Shown here in pieces: positions 37,772-46,088 of a DNA stretch of 54,774 bases; within the stretch, counting starts at the first letter, position 1, and each line of letters opens with the position of its first letter. Source of the stretch: a virus (taxonomy: Duplodnaviria > Caudoviricetes). The position numbers were made by a program, and so were the translations under genes. The DNA is taken from positions 1-54,774 of IMG/VR virus record IMGVR_UViG_3300049847_000273. One strand, written 5' to 3'. The notes under the pieces were generated by a model that made no database searches, was not told the DNA's origin, and saw only the letters and a program-made list of their open reading frames with translations.

Positions 37772-37842
37772 AACATATTTATTTTTAAAAATCCGTACTA
37801 TTGCTAACGTTTTAATATTAATTGTTTTGTGTTAAAAAAAAT

Positions 37843-37964
37843 AAACAAAAAAAGTCATGCATTCCCTGGTTCGGCAGGTACTAACACAACTTTTTCTGTT
37901 TACTATTTATATCTGCTTCCGAACTCAGACACTGCAAATATATAGTTTTATTTTAATACACAAA
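37843..37964 (-). promoter_or_regulatory. Promoter + structured leader driving the cassette array and replication genes
   Basis: TATATTTG 37935-37942, TTTG 37961-37964; GTTCGG near +1 is complementary to CCGAAC loop of a hairpin followed by a U-tract. Confidence 0.65.
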
Positions 37965-37986
37965 ACTTTTATTTGTTTTTTTTAAT

Positions 37987-38015
37987 AAAAAAAGCCTAGC
38001 TACTACACTAGGCTT
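37987..38015 (-). terminator. Terminator ending the portal-lysis operon
   Basis: aagcctag/ctaggctt stem with A-run on +. Confidence 0.75.
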
Positions 38016-38054
38016 AATTCGAGGTTAACTACTCCTCTTGAACCAAAATGAAAA

Positions 38055-38621
38055 TCATTTTTGCTTTTCAATTCTTATAACTCGGCTTTCACCGCACTCA
38101 TCAAAGACTTTTGCTGTCATTTCTTTTCTTCCTAGCCACCTTGTTTTTATTCCTAAAAACTTCCACTCTCTCCTTTGCCAATAAGCTACAGCATCCATTT
38201 TGTTTTTGAATTGGCGATTTTGAATGATCACTCCTGAACTATCTACATAACCCCTAATGACCAAACATTTTGAACTGTCAACAAAAGGTCCAACTGGATA
38301 TTTTTTTATTAAAGTGTCTTTGTAATTGTATTTTACCGTGACGATTTCTTTGATTCTATCCGTTTTAATTCCAGCTTCTGCGAGCTTGTTTTTCAAATCG
38401 GTATTCTCATACTCAAAATGTTGTTTTAATTCATTAGCACTTAGAATTTGTGTTGAAAAACGCAAACTATCTGCTTTTCGCAATTGTTCTGCATTCGAAG
38501 ATAAACGTTCATTTTCTGCTTTTTTAAACTCATTGTCTTTGTAAAGCCAAACAACCCAAATAATCAAAGCCGTTATTCCCAGCAGCTTGATGTTTTTTAT
38601 GATTAAATCTAGTGTAATCAT
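38055..38621 (-). CDS. Putative spanin/lysis accessory protein
   Basis: N-terminal TM then coiled coil; directly after endolysin. Confidence 0.55.
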   Translation of the reverse strand: MITLDLIIKNIKLLGITALIIWVVWLYKDNEFKKAENERLSSNAEQLRKADSLRFSTQILSANELKQHFEYENTDLKNKLAEAGIKTDRIKEIVTVKYNYKDTLIKKYPVGPFVDSSKCLVIRGYVDSSGVIIQNRQFKNKMDAVAYWQRREWKFLGIKTRWLGRKEMTAKVFDECGESRVIRIEKQK

Positions 38622-39163
38622 ATCATATTTTCGTATTTAATTACAATGTCTGCTATGTCTTTGGCTAATTGTTCTTTATTTTCTTGATAAGCTTCAATAT
38701 CGCTTTTGTTTGAAATAAAGCACAACTCTAATAAACAAACAATTCCACTTTCTCGCATTAAACCTAATCGACCTCTATGGCTTTGCGCTTCGTTTATAAT
38801 ACCTCTATTTTTAATTCCAAGCCTAAAGGCTGTTGCTTCTACTAATTCTTTAGCAAATGCATTGTCTAGTCTATCCGCATCCATACTTACAAGCGAAGTA
38901 CATCCTGTTGCGGTTGGCTTGTCGGAAGCATCAAAATGAAATTCTAAAACAACTGATGCGCTACCTGTTTTTATTCGTTCTAGGTATTGCGCTAGTCTTT
39001 CATCGTCATTATCTGATGTATAAGGTACGTTTTTAGCTTTTAGCTCACTTATTACTAAGTTTCTAAATTCAACCGCTAAATTAGCTTCTGTGTAGCCGTT
39101 GCCTACTGCTCCGCTATCTGTTTTAATTCCATTTGGGTTATGCCCTGCCGAGATGAATACCAT
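38618..39163 (-). CDS. Endolysin, N-acetylmuramoyl-L-alanine amidase (Amidase_3)
   Basis: ISAGH, EANL, EFHFDA, LLELCFISN. Confidence 0.92.
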   Translation of the reverse strand: MVFISAGHNPNGIKTDSGAVGNGYTEANLAVEFRNLVISELKAKNVPYTSDNDDERLAQYLERIKTGSASVVLEFHFDASDKPTATGCTSLVSMDADRLDNAFAKELVEATAFRLGIKNRGIINEAQSHRGRLGLMRESGIVCLLELCFISNKSDIEAYQENKEQLAKDIADIVIKYENMI

Positions 39164-39181
39164 AGTTTTTAATTTTTTTGT

Positions 39182-40015
39182 TTATAAATCTAAATCAACA
39201 TTTGTTCTCTTACTTCCTTGCATTTCTACAACGACTCTATCTACTGTATCGTTTATGTCTCTAAATATTACTGTTGCAGTATTATTTCCATTATCTAAGA
39301 TGTCTGTCTTTCCAGATGCCACAGATGCAAGTAAACGCATCACTTCGGCTGCCGTGTAAGTACCCTCTATTATTTCACTCCAAGGATTGCCAGAACTCCC
39401 CGCACCGTTCAACTTTTCTCCCATAGTACCGTTTACTTGGTATTGACTAGCGATACTATTCCATACTGCTTGTGCTAAGTTTTCAGGCGACAACAATGAA
39501 GATGAACTAAAGGTTGCAGATACAAAGGCTTTTGTACCTCCATTATCCCCTACTAATGTGTTTTGATTAGTTATTTGTGCAACTGAGAAAGCAATAGCTC
39601 TTAATGCTCCGCTTAAATTGTTGGATTGGGCTAATGTTGATGCTAACTCTAATTTACCTACAACTGTTGCGCTTAAATTATTAATTTGAGATAGTGTAGC
39701 AATTGCACCTACAACTAATGCTAGATTAGCTTGAAATATATCACCTTGACCTGAAACTGCGCCTTGTACATTTATCCCTGCTGATAATGATAAATTTATA
39801 TTGTTTCTACCATCCAAATCATTAAATATAGAAACACCTCCATTTTTTTGTGGCAATACCCAACCCTTTTTATATCCATCAGGAACGCTTGATAATTGAT
39901 TTGCTCCCTCACGTATATGCCAATTATCAACAAGTCTAACATCGGCAGATAATAATCCGCCAATATTAGAACCATTGATTCTATGTAAAAGAGTTCTGTT
40001 ACCTATTAACCCCAT
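39182..40015 (-). CDS. Putative virion accessory protein (277 aa)
   Basis: LSPENLAQAVWN, GTMGEKLN, EGTYTAAEVMRLLAS, FRDINDT motifs. Confidence 0.65.
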   Translation of the reverse strand: MGLIGNRTLLHRINGSNIGGLLSADVRLVDNWHIREGANQLSSVPDGYKKGWVLPQKNGGVSIFNDLDGRNNINLSLSAGINVQGAVSGQGDIFQANLALVVGAIATLSQINNLSATVVGKLELASTLAQSNNLSGALRAIAFSVAQITNQNTLVGDNGGTKAFVSATFSSSSLLSPENLAQAVWNSIASQYQVNGTMGEKLNGAGSSGNPWSEIIEGTYTAAEVMRLLASVASGKTDILDNGNNTATVIFRDINDTVDRVVVEMQGSKRTNVDLDL

Positions 40016-40875
40016 ACTGTTTGTATATTTCCGTAAATGTTAGTTGAAGCTGCTGTTGCTGATCCTGCAAAATATAACCAAACTAAACAAGCTCCATCTT
40101 GAATTACAGGTAAACTTGGAAGTTGATTAACCAAATCACGTTCTGCAAAAACCCCTGCTGTTGTAATTGGAATTGTTGTAATTGGTCTACACAAAACTAA
40201 TGCAGCAGTTCCCGAACCACTAGCAGCCGATAATGTCAATGATTGTACTGAACGAATACCTGTATCACCTGATTGTAAAGGCAAAAATGGCCCATAATTG
40301 TTCGCTGCAACTCCACTATGTGTAATGTGTGGTGTAATCGCTGATGCTGTTCCTGCTACTGTTACAGGTAACGCTCTACCTGCTGTTCCTGTTTGATTTG
40401 TGTAGGATATTGAGATATTATGGGCTGTTGCTCCTGTTGTAGTTTGAGTCACTAGAAAAGCTCTTAATCCTGCACCGTCTGTATATCTAGTTAATGTGCT
40501 TGTGTTTACTAACGTTTGAGCTGTTGCTAAGTTCATATTAATACTAGGGTAGTACAAACACATATCTACTAGCATTAATGTAGCTGGTACTGCTGTAGCT
40601 ACTGCACTAACTGCACCTGTGTTTAAAATACTTTTAATATCAGGAGTGACGTTTCCTCCGTGATAAATACCAAATCCTGATGCTTCATTAGGCACTTGCG
40701 CATTTAACGCTGTTCCCGAAAAGGTATTAGCGATAGGAATACCTGCTAAAGTTGATAAATCATACCAACGACCTGCTGTATATGCTGCTGCACCCGTTAT
40801 TTTATTCCAATCATATCTACTTGTTTTTCCAACAGATAACGAATTTATTAATTGGTCTTGTGATTGTATTGCCAT
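40006..40875 (-). CDS. Putative virion accessory protein (289 aa), paralog of 40877-41698
   Basis: LTRYTDGAGLRAFLV, FLPLQSGDTGIRSVQS. Confidence 0.7.
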   Translation of the reverse strand: MAIQSQDQLINSLSVGKTSRYDWNKITGAAAYTAGRWYDLSTLAGIPIANTFSGTALNAQVPNEASGFGIYHGGNVTPDIKSILNTGAVSAVATAVPATLMLVDMCLYYPSINMNLATAQTLVNTSTLTRYTDGAGLRAFLVTQTTTGATAHNISISYTNQTGTAGRALPVTVAGTASAITPHITHSGVAANNYGPFLPLQSGDTGIRSVQSLTLSAASGSGTAALVLCRPITTIPITTAGVFAERDLVNQLPSLPVIQDGACLVWLYFAGSATAASTNIYGNIQTVWG

Positions 40876-40876
40876 T

Positions 40877-41698
40877 TTACCATATTGTTTTTAGTAACCC
40901 TGTTATTGGCTGTCCTGCGATTGAACCATTGGGTAAAGTTATGAAATTTAAGTACGCTCCTTTTTCTATTTTTGGCATTAATGCACTATCTGTGATAGTA
41001 TTACTTTCTACGACTGCTGTATTTTCTCTTATTAATGTAGAGTATAGCGGTTTTACAAGAACAATTGATGCCAAACCACCATTTGGCGCATTAAAAGTTA
41101 TTGACTCTACCGCCCTAACGCCTTTATCATTTCCTTGTAATGGCAAAAAACATCCAAATGATGCTTGTTGAGATGTTCCGTGAATAAAAGAAGCAATATT
41201 TACTGCTGTATTAGATAAAACATTTCCTGTTGTTCTTCCTTGTACGCCATCAGAATTAGTATATGTAACATTAAAAGTTGCTCCACCTATGTATGGATAT
41301 TGAGCAACAATAAACATTCTAACTCCTTCTCCGCTTGTGTATCTAGGCAAAGCAACGGTGTTATCCATTTGTTGTGTATCAACACTATCCATATCCACTT
41401 GCGGATAGAATAATAAGTAATCACACAATAATAATGATAATGGTGCTAATGTAGTTGTGTAGCATAGAGTTTCAAATATAAAATCCGAATTTCCATAATA
41501 CATTCCTTTACTACCTTCTAATGTAGTTGCTGTAAGTTCAATTCCTGAATAAAAGTTAGGTGATGGATTTCCTGATGCCATAGATAAATCTGCCCAAACA
41601 CCTGCTGTAGTAGCTTGTGAAGATACTTTTCTGAAAGAAGCAACGTTTTGTCTTCCTAAATCTATCGAATCAATTATATCTTTAGTCCTGTTTATCAT
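40877..41698 (-). CDS. Putative virion accessory protein (273 aa), paralog of 40006-40875
   Basis: LPRYTSGEGVRMFIV, FLPLQGNDKGVRAVES. Confidence 0.7.
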   Translation of the reverse strand: MINRTKDIIDSIDLGRQNVASFRKVSSQATTAGVWADLSMASGNPSPNFYSGIELTATTLEGSKGMYYGNSDFIFETLCYTTTLAPLSLLLCDYLLFYPQVDMDSVDTQQMDNTVALPRYTSGEGVRMFIVAQYPYIGGATFNVTYTNSDGVQGRTTGNVLSNTAVNIASFIHGTSQQASFGCFLPLQGNDKGVRAVESITFNAPNGGLASIVLVKPLYSTLIRENTAVVESNTITDSALMPKIEKGAYLNFITLPNGSIAGQPITGLLKTIW

Positions 41699-41831
41699 TA
41701 ATAGTTGATTTACTATAAACTGTTACTTCTACATCAGCTACAATTGGAGCTTCGCAATTACATATTTTTATTGGTTCTTCATCGGGTAAAACGATAACCA
41801 AATTTTTACATTCTGAACAAAAAAACTTCAT
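41682..41831 (-). CDS. Small Cys-containing protein (49 aa, below ORF-track cutoff)
   Basis: Manual translation MKFFCSECKNLVIVLPDEEPIKICNCEAPIVADVEVTVYSKSTINDKQD*; fills the intergenic gap. Confidence 0.65.
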   Translation of the reverse strand: MKFFCSECKNLVIVLPDEEPIKICNCEAPIVADVEVTVYSKSTINDKQD

Positions 41832-41832
41832 A

Positions 41833-42243
41833 TTATGCTTCAGATGCAACTAACGCTCCCGAAGAAAATTGGGGCTGGATTTGATTACTTACAGTCAATG
41901 GCGAACTTAATGCTCCAAAATAAATAATTTGACCTGCACCTGTTAAACTTGTTCCTATTGAAACGTGAGTTAAAATATTAGAACCACCTGTGCATTGTGG
42001 AAATTGTATTAAAGCTGTATTAGAAGTTGAACCTCCACTAGCTACGGTAAAACCTGTTGCCGCAGTAACAGCTACTCTTGCATATCCTGTATATGTAGCT
42101 TCATTTGTAGTTTGACTACCTCCGATGTTTGGAGAAGCAGTATGGAACGCTATGTATCTTGTAATTCCACTTCTCCAAGCGGGGTCAATTCCTCTTAATA
42201 GAGCATCCAATGTTTCATTAGATGTTGTTGTACTTTTTGACAT
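41833..42243 (-). CDS. Putative minor structural/tail-fibre-associated protein (136 aa, start MSKSTTT)
   Basis: YIAFHTASP...NEATYTGYARVAV...IQFPQCTGG motif. Confidence 0.75.
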   Translation of the reverse strand: MSKSTTTSNETLDALLRGIDPAWRSGITRYIAFHTASPNIGGSQTTNEATYTGYARVAVTAATGFTVASGGSTSNTALIQFPQCTGGSNILTHVSIGTSLTGAGQIIYFGALSSPLTVSNQIQPQFSSGALVASEA

Positions 42244-42272
42244 AATATTTATTTTAAATTGATATTTGTTTT

Positions 42273-42503
42273 TTACCACCCACTCGGGTAGTAAGTATTT
42301 ACAGTACCTCCCCCTTGTGATTCAATGATTTCTATATTAACTATTGTAGTTATTTCTTGTACGGTCAAAGATAATGAATTATTTATTTGTTGAACATTCA
42401 AAACCGTAGTTTGGTTATTTTCAGTTATTTCTACAGAAATGTTTGTAGGGGACTCCACTACACCAATATTAACTTGCTCTATGTTTTCAACTACTTCTAT
42501 CAT
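42273..42503 (-). CDS. Hypothetical beta-rich protein (76 aa)
   Basis: V/I/E repeats, ends YYPSGW. Confidence 0.65.
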   Translation of the reverse strand: MIEVVENIEQVNIGVVESPTNISVEITENNQTTVLNVQQINNSLSLTVQEITTIVNIEIIESQGGGTVNTYYPSGW

Positions 42504-42841
42504 TGTTCCTCTGAGATATTTTGAATTACTTTCACAAATCCTTTCATGTATGTTTCTACATCGTCATTAGCAAAATAGATGCGAACATCGTATTCGTAGT
42601 TTTGTGGCTCTGGAGCAAAATCAACTATTTTTTGAAGAACAATGTCCCCTGTCAATAAGTCGTTATTTGTTATGTTTAGCCCAGTTTTCCATTCGTGAAT
42701 TATCTCTCCGTAAGCCTGTTTTCTTATTTGGCACAAAACTGTTGCTCCGGTAATATCGAAATTGAATTTAATTGGTAAGGACGCAAAAGTGCTTCCTCTG
42801 TAGTGATCTTTGAAATCGTATTTTGCTGGAATTACACTCAT
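42500..42841 (-). CDS. BppU-N-like adaptor protein (113 aa)
   Basis: YRGSTF, DITGATVLCQIRK, YEYDV, TYMKG. Confidence 0.65.
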   Translation of the reverse strand: MSVIPAKYDFKDHYRGSTFASLPIKFNFDITGATVLCQIRKQAYGEIIHEWKTGLNITNNDLLTGDIVLQKIVDFAPEPQNYEYDVRIYFANDDVETYMKGFVKVIQNISEEQ

Positions 42842-42842
42842 T

Positions 42843-43085
42843 TTACTGTTTTTTACGTATTAAAATTCTGTTTACTAAAACAATTAATAAAGCCGTGTAA
42901 AGAATTGTACTTGAAAAACTATGTTTGTAAAAAATTGAGGCTAATGAGCCTACTATAACCCATCCAAAACATATTTTCAAAATCCACTCATACTTAATTG
43001 TTTTCACATCTTCAATCTCAATTATTAAATTTGTAAGTGCTGAAATCGCTATCCCTAGCAAAATCAAATTGTTTATCGCTTCCAT
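42843..43085 (-). CDS. Small membrane protein (80 aa), possible holin partner
   Basis: Three hydrophobic segments, basic C-terminus. Confidence 0.6.
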   Translation of the reverse strand: MEAINNLILLGIAISALTNLIIEIEDVKTIKYEWILKICFGWVIVGSLASIFYKHSFSSTILYTALLIVLVNRILIRKKQ

Positions 43086-43363
43086 TGGTCAATTTTTTTT
43101 AATAGAATGTTCTGCATCCCAGTTATTCCTAAATATCCTATCAAAACCGCAATGCCTAAACGACTTTGCTCATTTGATAAACCCAATAATTCAGAAGCTA
43201 AAGGTGTTAAATAAATAGCACCTCCAACTCCTGTAAAAATTGCGCTGGCTCTTTTAACGAATGTCATGTTTTTACCTGTAATACCAGCAATAGAACCAAT
43301 TAAACCAGCAATAAGCAATTTCGTTTCAATTCCAATTTGTAATAATATTTCTTGTAGGTTCAT
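43073..43363 (-). CDS. Putative holin (96 aa)
   Basis: LIAGLIGS, AIYLTP, AVLIGYLG; 3 TM. Confidence 0.7.
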   Translation of the reverse strand: MNLQEILLQIGIETKLLIAGLIGSIAGITGKNMTFVKRASAIFTGVGGAIYLTPLASELLGLSNEQSRLGIAVLIGYLGITGMQNILLKKIDQWKR

Positions 43364-43644
43364 TTAGTGGATTGATTTTGTCCGAAGTAATACCCGAACA
43401 TGATTAATAATAATTTTTCAATAAGAGAAAATAGTGAGGCTCTTGCGTTTTCGCTTAATAAATCTCGGTTAGCAAAAAATATCTTATCCGAAACAAAAAG
43501 CAATACGAATACAATTAGAATTGTAAATAACGCTCGTGTCATAAAGAACTTTTCATCTAGTACATTTGCTATTTTGCCGTTGAAGTAAACTACTCCAACG
43601 GCTATAAATATAAAGGCTAGTATTTCTGATACATATTCGCTCAT
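43360..43644 (-). CDS. Membrane protein (94 aa), holin-like
   Basis: 3 TM, IMFGYYFG C-terminal motif. Confidence 0.6.
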   Translation of the reverse strand: MSEYVSEILAFIFIAVGVVYFNGKIANVLDEKFFMTRALFTILIVFVLLFVSDKIFFANRDLLSENARASLFSLIEKLLLIMFGYYFGQNQSTK

Positions 43645-43901
43645 AAGGATTCAGCTTGTTTTTCCAAGCCTAATTGCTCTAAAATATAATCTAAAACCAA
43701 AGTATCATCCGTACCCCATTTGGAGTGTATTTCTTCGGGGATGTCTAGATTACCATCGGCTACTTTTTGATTGTCTTCGTTAAGCAATACCCAATAGGAT
43801 TGCGATGTTTTTGCACCTAAATCGAATCTAACTGTAATATCGATTTCTGTTGCTTCTTCTTGCGGAAATCCCGCTTGGGTTGGTTGAATTTTTGTTTTCA
43901 T
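43641..43901 (-). CDS. Small fibre-associated protein (86 aa)
   Basis: DGNL...WGTDD...YILEQLGL, typical after Bacteroidota phage fibre genes. Confidence 0.7.
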   Translation of the reverse strand: MKTKIQPTQAGFPQEEATEIDITVRFDLGAKTSQSYWVLLNEDNQKVADGNLDIPEEIHSKWGTDDTLVLDYILEQLGLEKQAESL

Positions 43902-43915
43902 TTGTTTTATTTATT

Positions 43916-43957
43916 TTACCAAGTTGTTAATGCCGTACGTACCCATGTATTTGTTGG
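43916..43957 (-). pseudogene. Relic of a former tail-fibre C-terminus (PTNTWVRTALTTW*)
   Basis: Startless 13-codon fragment just after the fibre stop, matching a familiar fibre C-terminal motif. Confidence 0.6.
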
Positions 43958-43970
43958 ATCATTGTTTTTG

Positions 43971-46088
43971 TTATTGTGTTAGGTCGTATTGAAAAGTTAT
44001 AACTCCAGTTCCTACAGATATGTTACTAGGTATATAAGTTGCAGATACTGTAGTAGTAGCAGTTGATAAAACCCTAGTTGGATATAAAGCAAATCCAGAT
44101 GAGGATGTTAAAGTACCTGAGCCTACAGAAATAGACGAGGCTGTGGCTCTTGTTTGTGGAATAGTCGCTGTGAATATTGTAGTTGTTGTTGCTGCTGTTG
44201 GAGTTATGTTTATCGGAATTGTAACTGATATTATATTTCCAACTTTAATCCAACTTGCTAATCCGTTAGCTGTTACAGACGAAACATTCTGTATAGCTGT
44301 AAACGTTGGCGTATAAGTCCCACTCGTAGCCACCGCACTAACCGCCCCCGTAACAAAAGCCGTAGTAGCAATTTGCGTAGTATTATCCCCTAGAGTAGCC
44401 GTTGGTGCTGTTGGCACTCCTGTAAGCGCAGGACTTGCTAAATTTGCTTTCAAACCGTTATTCCCATTGAGCTTATTAATAGCTTGCAGTATAGTATCGG
44501 TAGCAGCAACCGTTCCCGCACCACTCACGTAACCTGTAATAGGTGCCGCAATAGCTCTTGCATTGGTATAGTACAAGTTTGTAAGCTCGGGTACGGCTGC
44601 CGAGTTTAGCGTTTGCCAAGTTTTGTCGCCTCTGTAATATTGTAATGTAGTTCCTGCTGTAATGGTGTTTTCTTTTGCCGTGATCTGCCCTTGTATCTTA
44701 CCCATTGCAGCTAATAGCGTATCGGTTGCAGCAAGTGCTGTATTCGACCCCGCTGTATAACCTGTAAGTAATGACCCCCTAACACTCGTTTCGAAGTCTA
44801 CAACCGTCCCAGTTCCTGTCTGGTATTGCGTTACCAATCCTCCTGTAACTTTCCAAGCAGTTGCTATTGCAGAACCGTTTACTTGTAGCTTATCTGTTAG
44901 GTTGTCTGTGGTTGTTCCTACTAGGAGGTTGCCTGCGCTTGTAACTCTTAATCTTTCAGCTTGGTTTGTCCACACAGTCAGCCATTTGTTCGCGCCACTT
45001 CCGTAAATCATCGAATCTAAATCATTCACACCTCCAGCAAAAGAAACTGGAGCTTGGTCGTTTACCCTTAAGCTACTAGCTATTAAAGGAGAATTTACTG
45101 TAACAGTACTCCCATTATCAAAAACCTGACTCGGCACAACCCCCCCAGCACCAAACTTAGTCAAGTAGTTAGCTGTGCCTGAGATGGTGTTTTGTTTACC
45201 ACTCAAAGCCCCGTTTACAGCATCTACGCTTGGAGCAAGAATACTACTAGCTGATAGACTGTTCTGAACTTCTGTTACATTGCCTGTGCCAAACAAAGAC
45301 TGTCCGCCAACTGTTTTTAACTGCAAGGCACTCACTCCGCTATCCAACTTAATCGTTACACTATTCACAACTGCAACTGTACTACTTTCAATAAATGCGC
45401 TTATTTCTGTTCCTGACGCAATTATAGGAGCGTAAGGCGATGCACCTGTAATTGTAAGGCTTGTAAATCTCGGTACCGTGTATAATATTCCTGTTCCAGT
45501 AGCAACGTTATTAAGCCCTAGCTTAATCCTAACTGTGGTCGCTTGGTTTGAAGTGTTTGTAAAATTAATTGACCATTGTAGCGTTGGGCTAGTCATTGAC
45601 TGTGTAGTGGTAATAATCGCCAACATTTTAGTAGGCGTGTTGGCTACTAAATTTTGAACTGTTGAGTTCGTAGCTGTGGGTGCATAAAGTCCTGAATCAC
45701 GTTTTACGGGAATTAATTGTCCATCTAAACCAACGCCTACTAGGTAATCAGTATAACCTGCCAAGCTGTTTACAACTGCGCTAGGTGCGTCTAATAGAAC
45801 ACCTGTACTTCCTTTTATGCTAACGTGGTCATCATTAGTTTCGATTGCGCCAAGATTGTTGCCTGAAACGTCTAAGATTGGTAATGAGTTTTCAATTCCT
45901 GATTTATTGACAAAATCTCCATCAAAACTTTTTTGCCAATCGATTAACAAATTGGGTTGAGAATTTAAACCAGTAATGTTTTGGTAAGCAACCCCATTAT
46001 ACTCTACAACGGTATTGAGTTTATACCTTCTATTGGAATCCCAAATTAATGTATCATTGGATAAACTAAGCTTTATTTTCTTCGCCAT
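43971..46088 (-). CDS. Mosaic tail/head fibre protein (705 aa)
   Basis: LKTVGGQSLFGTGN, DKLQVNGS, two AATDT-L-A--K repeats, QYYRGDKTWQTLN, SPALTGVPTAPTA...TTQIATTAFV. Confidence 0.8.
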   Translation of the reverse strand: MAKKIKLSLSNDTLIWDSNRRYKLNTVVEYNGVAYQNITGLNSQPNLLIDWQKSFDGDFVNKSGIENSLPILDVSGNNLGAIETNDDHVSIKGSTGVLLDAPSAVVNSLAGYTDYLVGVGLDGQLIPVKRDSGLYAPTATNSTVQNLVANTPTKMLAIITTTQSMTSPTLQWSINFTNTSNQATTVRIKLGLNNVATGTGILYTVPRFTSLTITGASPYAPIIASGTEISAFIESSTVAVVNSVTIKLDSGVSALQLKTVGGQSLFGTGNVTEVQNSLSASSILAPSVDAVNGALSGKQNTISGTANYLTKFGAGGVVPSQVFDNGSTVTVNSPLIASSLRVNDQAPVSFAGGVNDLDSMIYGSGANKWLTVWTNQAERLRVTSAGNLLVGTTTDNLTDKLQVNGSAIATAWKVTGGLVTQYQTGTGTVVDFETSVRGSLLTGYTAGSNTALAATDTLLAAMGKIQGQITAKENTITAGTTLQYYRGDKTWQTLNSAAVPELTNLYYTNARAIAAPITGYVSGAGTVAATDTILQAINKLNGNNGLKANLASPALTGVPTAPTATLGDNTTQIATTAFVTGAVSAVATSGTYTPTFTAIQNVSSVTANGLASWIKVGNIISVTIPINITPTAATTTTIFTATIPQTRATASSISVGSGTLTSSSGFALYPTRVLSTATTTVSATYIPSNISVGTGVITFQYDLTQ

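Larger units (their letters stand above)
35541..37808. mobile_element. Integron-like gene-cassette array lacking an integrase (CALIN-like): 5 complete cassettes plus a remnant
   Basis: Each gene is bracketed by a cassette-specific GTTnnnn...nnnnAAC inverted pair; long imperfect hairpins lie between AAC and the next GTT. Confidence 0.8.

Noticed and set aside
35541-37808. CRISPR array or REP/terminator interpretation of the repeats
   Set aside because: The units are not identical direct repeats, the intervening DNA is whole genes, and the hairpins lack U-tails but carry cassette-specific GTT/AAC cores
37860-37930. GGTTCG suggesting a tRNA T-arm
   Set aside because: No cloverleaf, acceptor stem or D-arm; better explained as the leader pairing element
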